This document shows, piece after piece, positions 40,027 through 52,739 of a stretch of DNA of 64,000 bases. The first letter of the stretch is position 1; every line of letters begins with the position of its first letter. The notes beneath the pieces are model-generated. The model ran no database searches and had not been told where the DNA came from. It saw nothing but the letters and a program-made list of their open reading frames with translations. The stretch is taken from contig NC_081332.1 of the NCBI RefSeq assembly GCF_022539665.2, forward strand, positions 3,286,001 to 3,350,000, given 5' to 3'. Origin of the DNA: Daphnia carinata (lineage: Eukaryota). Both the position numbers and the translations under genes were made by a program.

Positions 40027-40457
40027 GGAACAACCCTAACTTTTGCGACGAGCAAATAAAAGAAACTTATTAAATAAACTTGGCAAACGCGCAACTTTTT
40101 TATTTTTTTTTTAGTCCCAAGTTTTTGACCAACGTTCCTATTTAAACTCGACCTCGCATTTTTTTTTTTTTCCTTTTTAAACTTGTAGCAAAAAGACCCC
40201 TCTGTGTGTGTGTACGCGTCAAAGAGAATATGTTTTGTCATGTTTTGAGAGAAGCAGATAGACCCCCCCCCCCCCCTTTGGATAGTGTCTCCCAGGAACC
40301 CCCCCCTCTAGCCACTGGGCGGCCAGCACCTGGGCAGGTTTGATACGTGTCGTAGAGACATACCACTAAACCTACCCACTGTATGTCACATACTGTGCGC
40401 AAACAGTTTTCAGCTGGGAAAATAAAAATTACAAAAAAAAAAAAAAAAAAAATACCC

Positions 40458-40488
<31 letters not shown>

Positions 40489-41681
40489 ATATGTGAGGGA
40501 CGACCCGGAGTTTTGTTGGACCAGCGCTGGTTCGGCTGCCGGTTTTCTATAATCCGCATGGATGACGGGGGGGGGGGGGGGGCCTAATATTTGGACCTCG
40601 TGTCAGTGCGCTGTGAAAAAAAAAAAAAGGTTCTTTCAAAAATGTTCTTTAAAGCAAGACGAAGGTTATCTCGATGCGACCATCTTGACCGATATGTTAA
40701 AAAAAAAAAAAAAAAAAACTCGTCTCTGAGTCAGTCACAAACCGAAGGCGATTGAACTCGTAGGTATGGATTTGTCGCCCCTCATCATCTCCGTTCTGTT
40801 TTTTTTTTTTTCCCTCTATCTGGTTCCTTGCCAGCTGATCGGCTGGAACGAGAGTGGGAAAGGAGGACCGACCGAAAATTTGAAGCATTTCACACGAAAT
40901 AGGCGGGACAAGGAGAATGTTGCTCTACCCTCTTTTCAAAACCCCTCCGAACACAATGAGGTACACACATATCTTTAAAAAAAAAAAAAAAAAAAATGCC
41001 GACTGTAAATTTATTTCATTTTTTCGATGGATTCGAAACCGATTGCATCGACATCTTTCCCACTTCACAAAGGACGAATCAACTGGAGAATACCGAGTAT
41101 TCCGGCAGACTTTGGCGTTCTTTTGCGGCACACACAACACCAATCGACTTTGACCAAGAACCGAGAAAAAATAAAATGCCTTCGCATCCATCTCTGTCTG
41201 ATTGATAACAACAACAATAACAGGACTTTCATTTCATTTCATTTTTATTTTTTTTTTTTTTAAATTAAAAAAAAATTTCGTTTTCCTCCCTCCCCCTCTT
41301 CGCAGGATTTTTGGGTGGGGTAGCCTATATATGCGCTGTAGAGATGAGGGCGGAGCTGGTTTGTAGCACTATAATCAACTAATCGCCAGATTTTTCAAAA
41401 AAATATAAGAGCCAATGTATCATTACCAAAGTACGTACACTAGCAATTTACCAATAGGGCGGACGAGTCAAGAGGCAGGGCATATTCCTTCTCTTTTTCG
41501 GGGTCGACCCGGTCAAGAGAAAATTGTTCAAAACGAAAAGAAAAAAGAAAGGGGAAAAAAAAAAAAAAATGAATACAAGAAAAACAGCAACAACAAGTAC
41601 AACCACAGGTAGTGCGTATAGAAATACGAAGGACCTGCCACAATCCCAACAGGCGGCTCATTCATCATGATAATCATCCGC

Positions 41682-41720
41682 ATAACAGAGACCGTTTGAG
41701 CCTTTCTCGGTCTCTGTTAT
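41682..41720. repeat. Perfect 13-bp inverted repeat with 13-nt spacer
   Basis: ATAACAGAGACCG (41682-41694) and its reverse complement CGGTCTCTGTTAT (41708-41720). Confidence 0.85.
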
Positions 41721-42335
41721 ACGTTAGCTAGTAACTGTGATTAAACGCGCGGACATTTATAATAACAAAAGGTAAGGTAACCCAAGAAACCTTTTTTTTT
41801 TTTGTTTTGTTTTTTTTGTTTTTTTTTTGAAAACTTAAAAGGAATTATTGTTGTTGTTTTGGATGGGGTGGTTCCTCTGACCCTGGGCCACTCTCAAAAA
41901 ACGCATGTAATCACGAAACGTCGCAACAGGTTTTCCATTGTGGGGGTTGTAAAAAAAAAAAAAAAAAAAATCAAAAGGGGTAAAGACCTGTTGAAAAGCC
42001 TCTCTTTTAAAAACAAAGAAAAACGCTCGTTGTCGACGTTGCAGTTTGTCTTTTTTTTTTTTTTTTTTTTTAAGCGGTACGCACTTCCCCAAAGGGTCTC
42101 GTAAGTAGACAGGTCTAATCAATTAGGTGCCACGTAATAGAACTCGACGAAGGTGAATGAAGGGGGGGGGGGCGAACAACAGAGTTGAAAATAAGAAGGG
42201 AATTTGACTTTGGGTGAGGGGGGGTCTTCTCATTTCAACCCCCATTTGGATTTTTTTTTCTTTTTTTTTTTTCCCTTTAACTTTCAAAAATCTTGTAAAT
42301 CATCAACGTGGATACGACTCCATTTTCGTTTCGCG

Positions 42336-42338
<3 letters not shown>

Positions 42339-42383
<45 letters not shown>
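42339..42383. repeat. Poly-G tract, about 45 nt
   Basis: Read directly; homopolymer length may be imprecise in the assembly. Confidence 0.9.
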
Positions 42384-42384
<1 letters not shown>

Positions 42385-42580
42385 TCTTTCCTTTAGTCCG
42401 TTAGTCTTTTCTTATATGCCCGACCACGTACTAACTGCGCAATATATACAACTTTATTGCCCCGTCTAGGCATTCCACCTTTCGGGGCCGCAGTTTTATT
42501 CTTTTTAAAAAAAAAAAAAAAAAAAGGGGGGGGGGGGGGGGGGGGAAAGAAAAGATTTTATGATGATGATTCAGAGTTAT

Positions 42581-42614
<34 letters not shown>

Positions 42615-43918
42615 AAAAAGTTTAATAAAATGAAGCTTTTTTCTTTTTGAATGAAAGTAAGCGAGGGCCCATGCTGTTCATTTATTAAAAATGAAGGTAA
42701 GAAGGAGAGCGGGCGAGCTTGCAGTTTAAAAATTCATCGTTTTAAAGTAAGGAAGAAAACGACTCTTAATAATAAATAGTGAGAGCACGAAACACGTGTT
42801 ATTCCATTAAAAGCGCAGATAATTACACACGGCCTCTTTCTTTCTTCGTCTTCACATTTTCAGCTCTTAAAAAAAAAAAAAAGCAACGTCGAGAAATAAA
42901 TAAAATGAAAAACTTTGAAAAAAAGAAAACAAAAATCAATTTGATGCTGCTTTTCTCTTGTTTGTGGTTTAGCTGCTATAAAACGAGTGCAGGGGGATAA
43001 ATTTAAAGAGAAAAAGAAAAAAAAAAAAAAAAAAGGGGATCCCAAACTCGTAAAAAATGAAACAAACAAAAAAAAAGTTTTACGGTTGACGGACTCGCGT
43101 TTGTCTGTGGGTGCTGATGTGGTTCCCTCAACCGAATACATGCAACCTTGTACACATAATATGGCTCATTAACAAGGTAGGAAGAAAAAAAAAAAAAAAG
43201 AGATGCATGCTTCCCCGTCTTTTGCGTTATCTTTATCCCCCCCCCCCCCTGTTTCTACTTCTCCGTTCATCTTATCGGCTGTCTTCGATCTCGTCGCGTC
43301 CACGTAAAAAAGGGAAACAACAAAAAGGTGTACATCGCTAATCTATCCACCGTTTTTTTTTTTTTCTTCTTCAAAGTATCTATCAAACGATAGCGGGGAG
43401 AAAAAACGAAGACGAGAGTGGTCCTTTTGGTTGAGTAATTATAACCCGCCCCCCCCCCCAAAAAAAAAAAAAAAAAAAAAAATTTTTTTTTCGTTTGATG
43501 TGCTTTTTTTATTTCAAAAAGAAATCAGGCAGTTACCCCATCTTTCTCTAATATCGTCGACTCCTATCGGCTAGTTAATAAAAAAACGCTAGTTTTTAAC
43601 AACAACAACAACAACGATTCCTCCTAATATTCTTCACGATTTAAAAAAAAAAAAAAAAATACCTCCGAATCAGAAGAAGAACAAAAGGGGGGGGGGGGGA
43701 TTTTTTTTTTATGACGACATTTTCTTCACTGATTTTTAAGAGAAAAGGAAACACATTGCAGGGGGGCAGACCCTGTTGATTCTCCCAAAACAAGAAAGAA
43801 AGAAAGAAAGAAAGAAAAAAAGCTAGCGACGTTTTCGAGGTTCACTGTCTTTTCTACTTCTGGGTCTCATTCATCACGATCTCTTATCGGCTCGTAACCC
43901 CGGCGCGACACAACAACC

Positions 43919-43951
<33 letters not shown>

Positions 43952-44795
43952 AAATAGAAAAAGAGAACCGTGTAAAAAAAAAAAAAAAAAAAAAGAGCGA
44001 GCCAACAACAACTACAACAACAACAACAACCTAAAGATAGAAGGCAGAGTCTCATCGGAGGCGCCCACACAACACTCAAGATGACAAAGCCGATGTGCGT
44101 AGAAGATAACAAGCGGACGAAGATTTAGAAGAAAAAAAAAGGGGGGGGGGGGAATATCAAAAGTGGGAGGTGACGTATGCGCATAGCGTTAGTAGAAGCC
44201 AAAACTACAAATGATGATGATAATTCTTATTTTAAAAGATGGCCACAGGGTGGAAAGAGAAAACGTCAATTCATTTACATGTACGTTGTTGTGGTTTTCA
44301 CTGATTCCCGCGACGATCGATGTGACATTTGAGAAAAAATTGGGAAAAGGTGAGAGGGGAATGAGGAGGAAAAAAAAAAAAAAAAAAAAGTGTCACTTTT
44401 GACAAATCATTCAATTTTTCATGGCACAAAAGTCAAACTATTTTCCTTTTCTTTGTGTACACCAAAGGGAAAACAATTTCAAATTTGAATTCCTTTTTAA
44501 TCTTCATGAATTTCTAATTTCCCGAATAGACAGCTGGCCCCTGATAGTACCGGATACATTTTTTTTTTTTTTCCTCTTTCTAAACAAATTCTTCTTTTTT
44601 TTTTTTTTTTTTTTGGCAGTGTTATAACCCAGCTGTAGTATCCCCCCCCCCTCCCCCAAAACTTCAAGTTTCCTTGTTTCTCCATAGCGATGTTACATAC
44701 CAGCCAGTAGGCCCCCCCCCCCGCCCTTCACCACATTCAAAACCTCAGCCATCCTTAACTTTTATTTAAAAAACGAAAAAATTCAAAAGAAACGT

Positions 44796-44829
<34 letters not shown>

Positions 44830-46712
44830 AGCTCATTCATCGTACTCTATATTGGCCGCTGCCGAAAAAGAAAAATACCCCACGCCTTCGTGGCTCTCAA
44901 AAAAGCTCTGGAATGGGAAAGAAGAAGAAGCCCACAAGAGCCACACATACACCACAGCAAAGCGATTTGTCTCTTCGATAGACACGAGGACCTTCGAAAA
45001 AAAAAAAAAAAAAAAAAAAAAAAGAAGCGACACCCACCACACACTCAAAACCTATTTATAAAATGCATCTACATAGAAGGAGGGCAAAAAAAAAAAAAAA
45101 AAGAGAAGAAATAAAGGGGGCGCAGCGGAAGCCCGCATCCCCCCCCCCCCCCCTTACCACCTTGTTCTCGTTCAAGGCATGCAAAGGAGAAGAAGGAGCG
45201 GAGCAACGGCAGCGACGACCATCACAATATATTATAATCCAGCGCAGTGTTTTCAGACCTCGACGGTCGGCACCTTTTTCCCCCTTCTTTTATAAAAAAA
45301 AAGACTCCCCAAAAAGAAAAAAAGATAATAAGAGCCAATGGAGCGAGCGAGTAAGGTGAATAGAAAGGGGAACTACACGTCTGCTGGAATTCTTTCGTAT
45401 TCTTCCGAGAGAGCTTCATTGTCCATTGTGTCCACGACTTTTAAAAGAAGGGGAAAAAAAATAAATAAATAAAATGCCGAGTCTATAGAATCTAGGCTAG
45501 AAAAAAAAAAAAAAAAAAAAGAAAAAGATATCTTCAAGTGTACGAAGAAAAGGGCGTAGAAAAGACCCTACTTCATTTTTCGATATTACCCTATGTCTGG
45601 CTAATGTCAAAAAAAAAAAGAAAAAAAAAAAAAAAAGAAGGAATTTTACGATTTTTTTTTTTTGATAGTCAAATGTGTTCCGCTTCCGGTATGTTCTTTC
45701 ATCCGCTTTACCTACACCCAGCCCTTACATAAAGCTATTTTATTCAGGAAACAAGAGATATCCTAATAAATATCCTTTTCTTTTTTTTTTTTTTTTTTTC
45801 GTTACATTTTTCATAGCTTTAGCAACTTTGCACTCAAAAGAGATTCGCTCTGATGGAGGACCGGATATACATGTCGAACTTGTTGAAAGCTTTTGTCTTT
45901 CTTTTTTTCCTGCACCTCCTCCTTTTTGCATTTTAATAAAAGAGAAGCAGATCATTCGGCTGCATTGCAGTCGAAACTCCTCAAGAAAAACAACGTGCCC
46001 ATTTCTTATTAAGAACAGGAGAGAAAAAAAAAAAAAAAAAAAAGAGACAACAAGTTTTGGGTTTAATTTTAAAAGAAAAGTTGAATGCATGATGATGATG
46101 ATGACGAAACAGAGGACCGTGATGATAAGTGGCCCTTCAGCATCATCAGCTTCCCCCCTCCCTTCAATTGCACATTACACGAGTCTTGACCCCGAATAAA
46201 GATGGAACGCCCCAAAGTGAACGAACAACGTTAGATGGGGAGAAACGAATACACCCCCTCGAGGTTGAACGCGGCCTTTTAAAAATCCTCACAAAGATGC
46301 TCATTTTTTTTTTTCTTCTTCAGCTCCTAACACAAAAAGTCTAAAGGGAAAAACCCGATTGTGTTAAACCCGACACGTACCAAATTCCAGCCCCCCGCTA
46401 CATTTGCCTGTCTCCCTCCATTTCTTTCTTTCCTTTTCTTTTTTTTAATACCATTAAAATATACATGTGTGTGCTGTACATGTATTTCGTTATTTAGCAC
46501 CGCTCGCGCGTTCCTTCGAAAAAAAAAAAAAAAAAAAAAAACTTTCGGAACACACAAAAGTTTTTTTTCTCAGTCCCCCCCCCCCCCTCTTCATCTTATC
46601 CATCATCATCACTTTTGATCTTTTCTTCCATACAATATGCATATTAAAAAAAAAAAAAAATACATGTGTGCTGGGTTGGGAGAAGGATCGAAGTGTCTGA
46701 CGAAGGCGGGAC

Positions 46713-46747
<35 letters not shown>

Positions 46748-47156
46748 AAAGGAAAGTCGATGGTTGAGAAGCCAAGCCGAAAAACGGTTAGACACCTAAC
46801 CGACAACCCCCGCATATCTACCCCCCTGGTGTCGTTGTGTTGCGTTCGGGTCCGTTTAACACGTAGACAAGAGCCTTCGTCGACACAACAAAAAAGCCAA
46901 TCAACACATTGATGTACGAGGCTATTCAAATGTTTACCCCCCTCAAAACAAACGTGTTTGTAAACGAACCACTGAGCCGCATAATATCGTACGTACAAAT
47001 GTTTTTGTTTTGTTTTTTTACCTACGAATCAACAAGTTCAAAAAGGTCGAAAACCATTTCTCCTTTATCCCTCTCGCCTCGGGAAGGAGAAAACATTTGT
47101 CTGAATAATGTGAAAATGATTGACCGTGAAAGTCCAAAAACAATTCAAAATATATA

Positions 47157-47187
<31 letters not shown>

Positions 47188-47570
47188 AAAGATTTTTGAC
47201 AATTGAGCCCGTCAGGTCAGAAATGGACTAATTCAATGCGCATCAAAGTGCTTTATAATACGAAAAAAAAAAAAAAAAAAGGCCGTTGGCCAAACGCCTT
47301 TTTGTTTTTAAAACGCGTTGTCATTAGAAACGGGAGTAAGAGTGCTAGGTGCCCTGCAATTGTGCGTGTCGAAAATGTGGGAGAGCAGATTATAGAACGT
47401 CGCATTCAAATGAGAAAAAGAAATAAAAACCAAATTTTTCAGAATGGAGGGCAAAAAGAATCGTAAATGTTAACAGGTGAATCCCAATGAGCCTCAACCA
47501 CTTATTCAGACTTTCAGATGAGATAAGGGGTGAAAAGGGTCATTTCTCTAGTGTTTATATTCCTGGCCAA

Positions 47571-47608
<38 letters not shown>

Positions 47609-49402
47609 TCCCCCCCCCCATTTTTTTTTTAATCCAAAAAATAAAAATAAATTGTGTAGCCCTTTTCATGAAACATTTTCTCGGTACTTAAAATAACTCG
47701 GCAGTTAAGGCAGGCGCGACTGTAATTGCCCGGGCAGGATATAAAAACTCAAAAACGTTACAAACTTGGTGTTATGTGCATCTTTTTTTTTTTTTTTTTT
47801 TTTCAAAAATTGTCTTTACATTCAAGTCAGTGTATGTGTATAAGGGCGATGGGGGTGTTGACTTTTCAATCAAAGTCAGACGTCTACATACAACCCCACA
47901 AAAAAAAAAAAAAAGTTAGTGGGGGAAAAGAATTATAATGGCAGAGTGCGTAAGAGACTTGAAAAAAAAAAAAAAACCCATCAAATGGACAATGTCAAAA
48001 AAGAAAAACCCTGATGGGGTGGAAGCCCCACATCAGTAAAGATATGGGGACGGCCGTGAAATTGGAACCTCTTTTGGGTGCACGTAGGGGTTGGAAGAAA
48101 AAGGACGCTATCGTCGCACTATTATACATCAACTCTATATGTATATCTTCCGTTCAGATAGCGACAGTGGCTCTTGAAAAAAAAGAAAAAGCCTAGCGAT
48201 GACTTTAAACAAAAAAAAAAAAAAAAAAAATGGACGGGATTTGTAGCGAGCATAGGAGGGGAGTGTGAAAATGAGTTGGAAATCCGCATCCGGATGTGAT
48301 TCAAGTCACACCAGTCTGCCGCCGCAGCAGCTGCCGTTTTTTTTTTTATACAAGAAAAAAACGAAAAGTTGAAAGATTCCTCCTCCTCCCCCTTTTTCAG
48401 TTTTGGTATTTCTTCCATGAATTGACGACTGGTGTGCGCGACTTGCATTTCAAATCAAACCTTTTTTTTTTTCTTCCCTAGCCTCCCTTATATGCACATC
48501 GTGCACCATACGGCTGCTGCTGCTAAGTCTTTGCTTCCAAGGAAGGAAGGAAAGAAGAAGAAGAAGAAGAAGAAAAAAAAGAAAAAAAGAGAGAGAGAGA
48601 GAAACCGATTGACACGACACATCAGAGTGCACTATACACTACTACTACTACACTTTGAGCTGTTCCATACTGGAGCAAAGAGCATATACATATCGGGACA
48701 CGCAGAGAGAGAGAGAGAGAGAGTGAGTGAGAGCTCGGCTAGCGCCAGATTCAATCACACAGATCAATACGATCAGGCAAAGTGCCGTCTCAGCCATCAA
48801 AGACTCGCACACGCTGACTGTATATGCTAGTCTTTACTAGTACTATTACTAGTCCTCCTGTCTCGCCAAATGGTGATTCGGTGTAGCGCACAGCAGCAGA
48901 CGACGCATTTATTCGAATATACGTGAAAAACGAAAGGGGGGGGGGGGGGTGGGGGATTGTAATTTGAGAGGACGTTGCAACTTTCTACACCGGGTGGGGA
49001 GGAATGAAACATTTTTTTTTTTTTTCTTTCTTTCTTTCTTTTTGATGGATATGTTGGACGTGATTGCGTTTAATGGAGGGAAAGGATTGGAGAATGCGGA
49101 TACTGCTTTAATAGAAAGGTCAACTGCGACCTCATGCAACATTCGATTGCTCGCGAAATGGTTAGGAATGACGTTGGGGGGGGGGAGGGGGTGATCGGTT
49201 CGACAGGCCATGTGACAAATAGAGGGAAAGAATGAAAATATCTTAAAAATTCGTCCGTATCAAATATAAATCCGGCAGCCGGAAGTGACAAGATCTTCAA
49301 TTCGGTAGTACTTGATACGGAAGCAAACATCATCATGCATCGTCGAGAACACGGAGGCTGATCATAAAAAACAGCCTCAGAATTTTCAAACAAAACAAAA
49401 AT

Positions 49403-49435
<33 letters not shown>

Positions 49436-50643
49436 CAAAAGGCCTGCGCGACTCAATGATGGATTCCTTCCGAACGTGTGATAACATCACGCGGGAGTCT
49501 TTCCCAAATATATTCTTCTACAAAAAAAAAAAATAAATAAATAAAAATAAAAACTCACTTGCTTCTCTTTCTCTCCATATGCATAGCGGAGGTGGTGGAA
49601 AGGCGTCATGATTTGTGAGGCAACGGCCGCACGCACGCAAAACACGCAAAGCAAAATAACACACATGGCCCCAAAAAAGAAAAACTATTGCCGACCGAGT
49701 CCCATCCCCCCACTCTCTTAATACTTGGTAGAGTGTTGCATTTGAAATTCTTTTCGCCCCTCAAATTGCGACCAGACCTCCTCCGCCACACCCACAAATC
49801 ACGTCGGGAGGGGTTTGAACACTAATAATAATTTGAACGGAAAAAACAAAAACTGGCGTGAATGCAAAAGCCAGAGGGGAAGCACCCCCCCCCCCAAAAA
49901 AAAAAAAGGAGCAGCAGATAGAAATTAGCGCATAATTTCAATCAAGAAACAATAAAAATAAAAAATCAGATGATGTGGGGGGGGGGGGGAATCCAGAAAC
50001 AAAGGCAGGAGGGGGGAAAAAAATGCAATAAAAACGATAGCCATAAGTAAAAAGGGGCCCCTCTGAAAATGAGATTTCTCTGGCGTCATTAAGAAAGGGC
50101 GTAACGAGCTGCCACCCCCCGACTCGTTTCGTGATTTACCTTCCCATATGCATTTTTTTTTGGGGGGGGGGTATTTTGTTTACAAGGGCAAATCAAGAAA
50201 AAAAAAAGAATATTCAAGAGTCGTCAATTTCTTTCTTTCTCTCTTTGGCGTTCGTGACAAGAGAAGCTGTTAATAGATTCCTTCATGTGTTTCTTTAGCT
50301 CTCCGCTTTCACAAGATCGTGGTATTTAACGCGATGAAAACCCATTTAGGATATGGAGGCAGCGCACATTGTTGATGATGGAAGACTCCAATCGAGGAGT
50401 TTAGTAGACGATTGGAATAATTACGAGGCCCCAGAACAAAATAAACGAAAAAAAAAATTGGTTTCCCAGAGCACCCTCCCCTCATTTTCTCGAAATTCAT
50501 TTTCCCCTTCAATTTTAACGGCCAAAAATAAAAAAAAAAAAAAAAAGCCCTAACCTTTTGCTTGTGATCCCCCCCCCCCTAATTTCTTCAAAAAAAAAAA
50601 AAAAATAGAATAAAATAAAAGAGAGAGGGGTGGCTTTTCTTAC

Positions 50644-50935
50644 CTGATAGGGTCGAGTATGGTTCCATGCCGTTGTCCGGGTAGCTGGGCTCCGACTGGC
50701 TACTGGCCGACGGCGATTTAGAGCCGACGGGCAAGCGACCGCCTCGTCCGGATCGTTGATGCTGGTGCTGGGGGCTGTTCATCATCAAATCTTGCGGCTG
50801 CTGCTGTGACGCTAGTCCCGCCGTTGGCGCGGCCGCTTGCTGATGGTGATGATGATGATGATGCTGCTGTTGTTGGTGGGGCTGACCTCGCCCCGACCGC
50901 GAACCCAACGCCGCACCGCGAGGCGAAGATCCAAT
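50644..50935 (-). CDS. Ten-a: Teneurin coding exon 3 (IGSSPRGAALGSRSGRGQPHQQQQHHHHHHHQQ...EPYSTLS)
   Basis: GTGCAG acceptor (phase 0), donor CAG|GTAAGA (phase 1), GC-rich open frame with polyQ/polyH. Confidence 0.8.
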
Positions 50936-51983
50936 CTGCACATCGTACAAAGCAACACACACACACAAAAAAGAAAAGGTCAATGAATAACATTTTCTTT
51001 CGACGTCACCTCCTTCCACCTGACGTGCCAAATGTTAATAAGAAAAACAAAAAGAAGTGGGAAATGCGTGGCTGTTGTTGCTGCAACGACTTATAAAACA
51101 AAGGGAACGTGTGTGTGTTTGTGTGCGTCTGGAGCGGGAACTTAAGCTCATCACACATGTGTATGTAAATCTACCATTATATAGGGGCATCCGTAACCTT
51201 ATTGGATGGAGGCAAAACTCTGTTGGAGAGGGGGAATACTGTTAAAGAAAAAAAAAAAAAATACTAGTCGATACATAAATAATGCCTCCGCTTCGAAGGT
51301 TAAAGCAGCGCAGTGAGGCAGCTAAAAAAGAATCCTAGAACGTCCAGTTGAGAAGAAGAATAAAAAAAAATAAAAAATAAAACAAGTTTTTTTTTTTTTT
51401 TCGTCTTCTTTGGTTTGAGAATTAAAAGAAAGAAAGAAAAGTCGGCGGTCGGGAGAGGCCCGAAGGAAACTAAAGGGATACAACATAAGATATCCTGTCT
51501 GGGACGAGCAAGCGCCAATGTATCTGATGGGTTTTGTGAGCTTCTTTACTTCCCCCCCCCCCCCTTTTCACTACACACACACACACAGACACACACAGAC
51601 ACACACCGTCGTCGTCACATAAATTCATCCCTCCATTTCTTTTTTGTCTATTCGAAATGAAAAAAGGAAAAAGTTACAACACAGACAAGCACACAACACG
51701 AAAAGAAGAAAGAAGCCGATGGTGGGTGAACACGGGCGCAGCAAGCGTCGAATATCTATAAAGTCATTCGTCTGATATTACCATAAAAGACTTTTTTCTT
51801 TCCCTTTTTCTTTTCTATCACTAGTAGCTGTGCTTCCTCCCTTATTCGAACTTTGGATATATATTTCTCGTTGTTTTTTTTTTGTTTTGTTTTCGTGTAT
51901 AGTTTAAGGAAGAAACTGGGCGCTCGTAAATTCACCCTGCGCACCAAAGACTATACCCGTCTCGTTATAGCCAATGCGTTGCA

Positions 51984-52015
<32 letters not shown>

Positions 52016-52533
52016 AAAGAAGAAAGGAATATCGTAATAATTACAGGGTCCCTGCATTTTTCTTTGCCTGTTCTAAAGTCTGTTTTGTCTATTCGAACGC
52101 GCACGGTTCGACAGGTTCATACATTAAGACAGGCTCGCCTACTACTGCGACTACCATTTGTTTCCTTAACTTGGAAAAAGAAAACCAACACGACACAAGA
52201 TGAAAAATACAAAAAATACAAAAAACCAAGGCAACTTTCGGCTTTTCATCTTCCCCCTGGACGTTTCGGTTACTGCCCACTTGTGTGTGTTTTGTATTTT
52301 CTCATGTCCCTGTCCGCGAGGGGCGTGTCGTCCCGAGCTCTCACCGTCCATCAAAATGTTTCATCATCATTCGGAGAGAATAGAAATAAGCTCGCGCACG
52401 ACAACAGGCAACAACAAAAGAACAGACCCGCATATTCATTTTAGAAGAGGAAAAAAAAAATGATGTCCACACAAATATGGGAAAATGCGCGATTTTGAAA
52501 AGAATAGGAGGTGTGTGTGTGTGTTTGGCTTAC

Positions 52534-52739
52534 GTGTTGCGCTTTAGTTGAGCGGCGATGTTGACCGTTGTTACGCTGGCCAGTGTTGCCGTGTTGTTGT
52601 CTGTGTTGATGTCCTTGATGCGGATCCGACTCGTACAGCTCCTCACCGCAATTGTTGTACATGGCTTCGAAATCGTCTTCAGACATGTCGAGCTGATTCA
52701 AATGACGCGGCTGATGCTGATAACCCGGTTCGATATAAC
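52534..52739 (-). CDS. Ten-a: Teneurin coding exon 2 (GYIEPGYQHQPRHLNQLDMSEDDFEAMY...RSTKAQH)
   Basis: Poly-T TAG acceptor (phase 1), donor CAC|GTAAGC (phase 0), open Q/H-rich frame of 206 nt. Confidence 0.78.

Noticed and set aside
49559..49609. Short ATG ORF ending at a strong GTGAGT donor
   Set aside because: It is phase 0, which is incompatible with the next acceptor (phase 1 at 32889), and has no other support.
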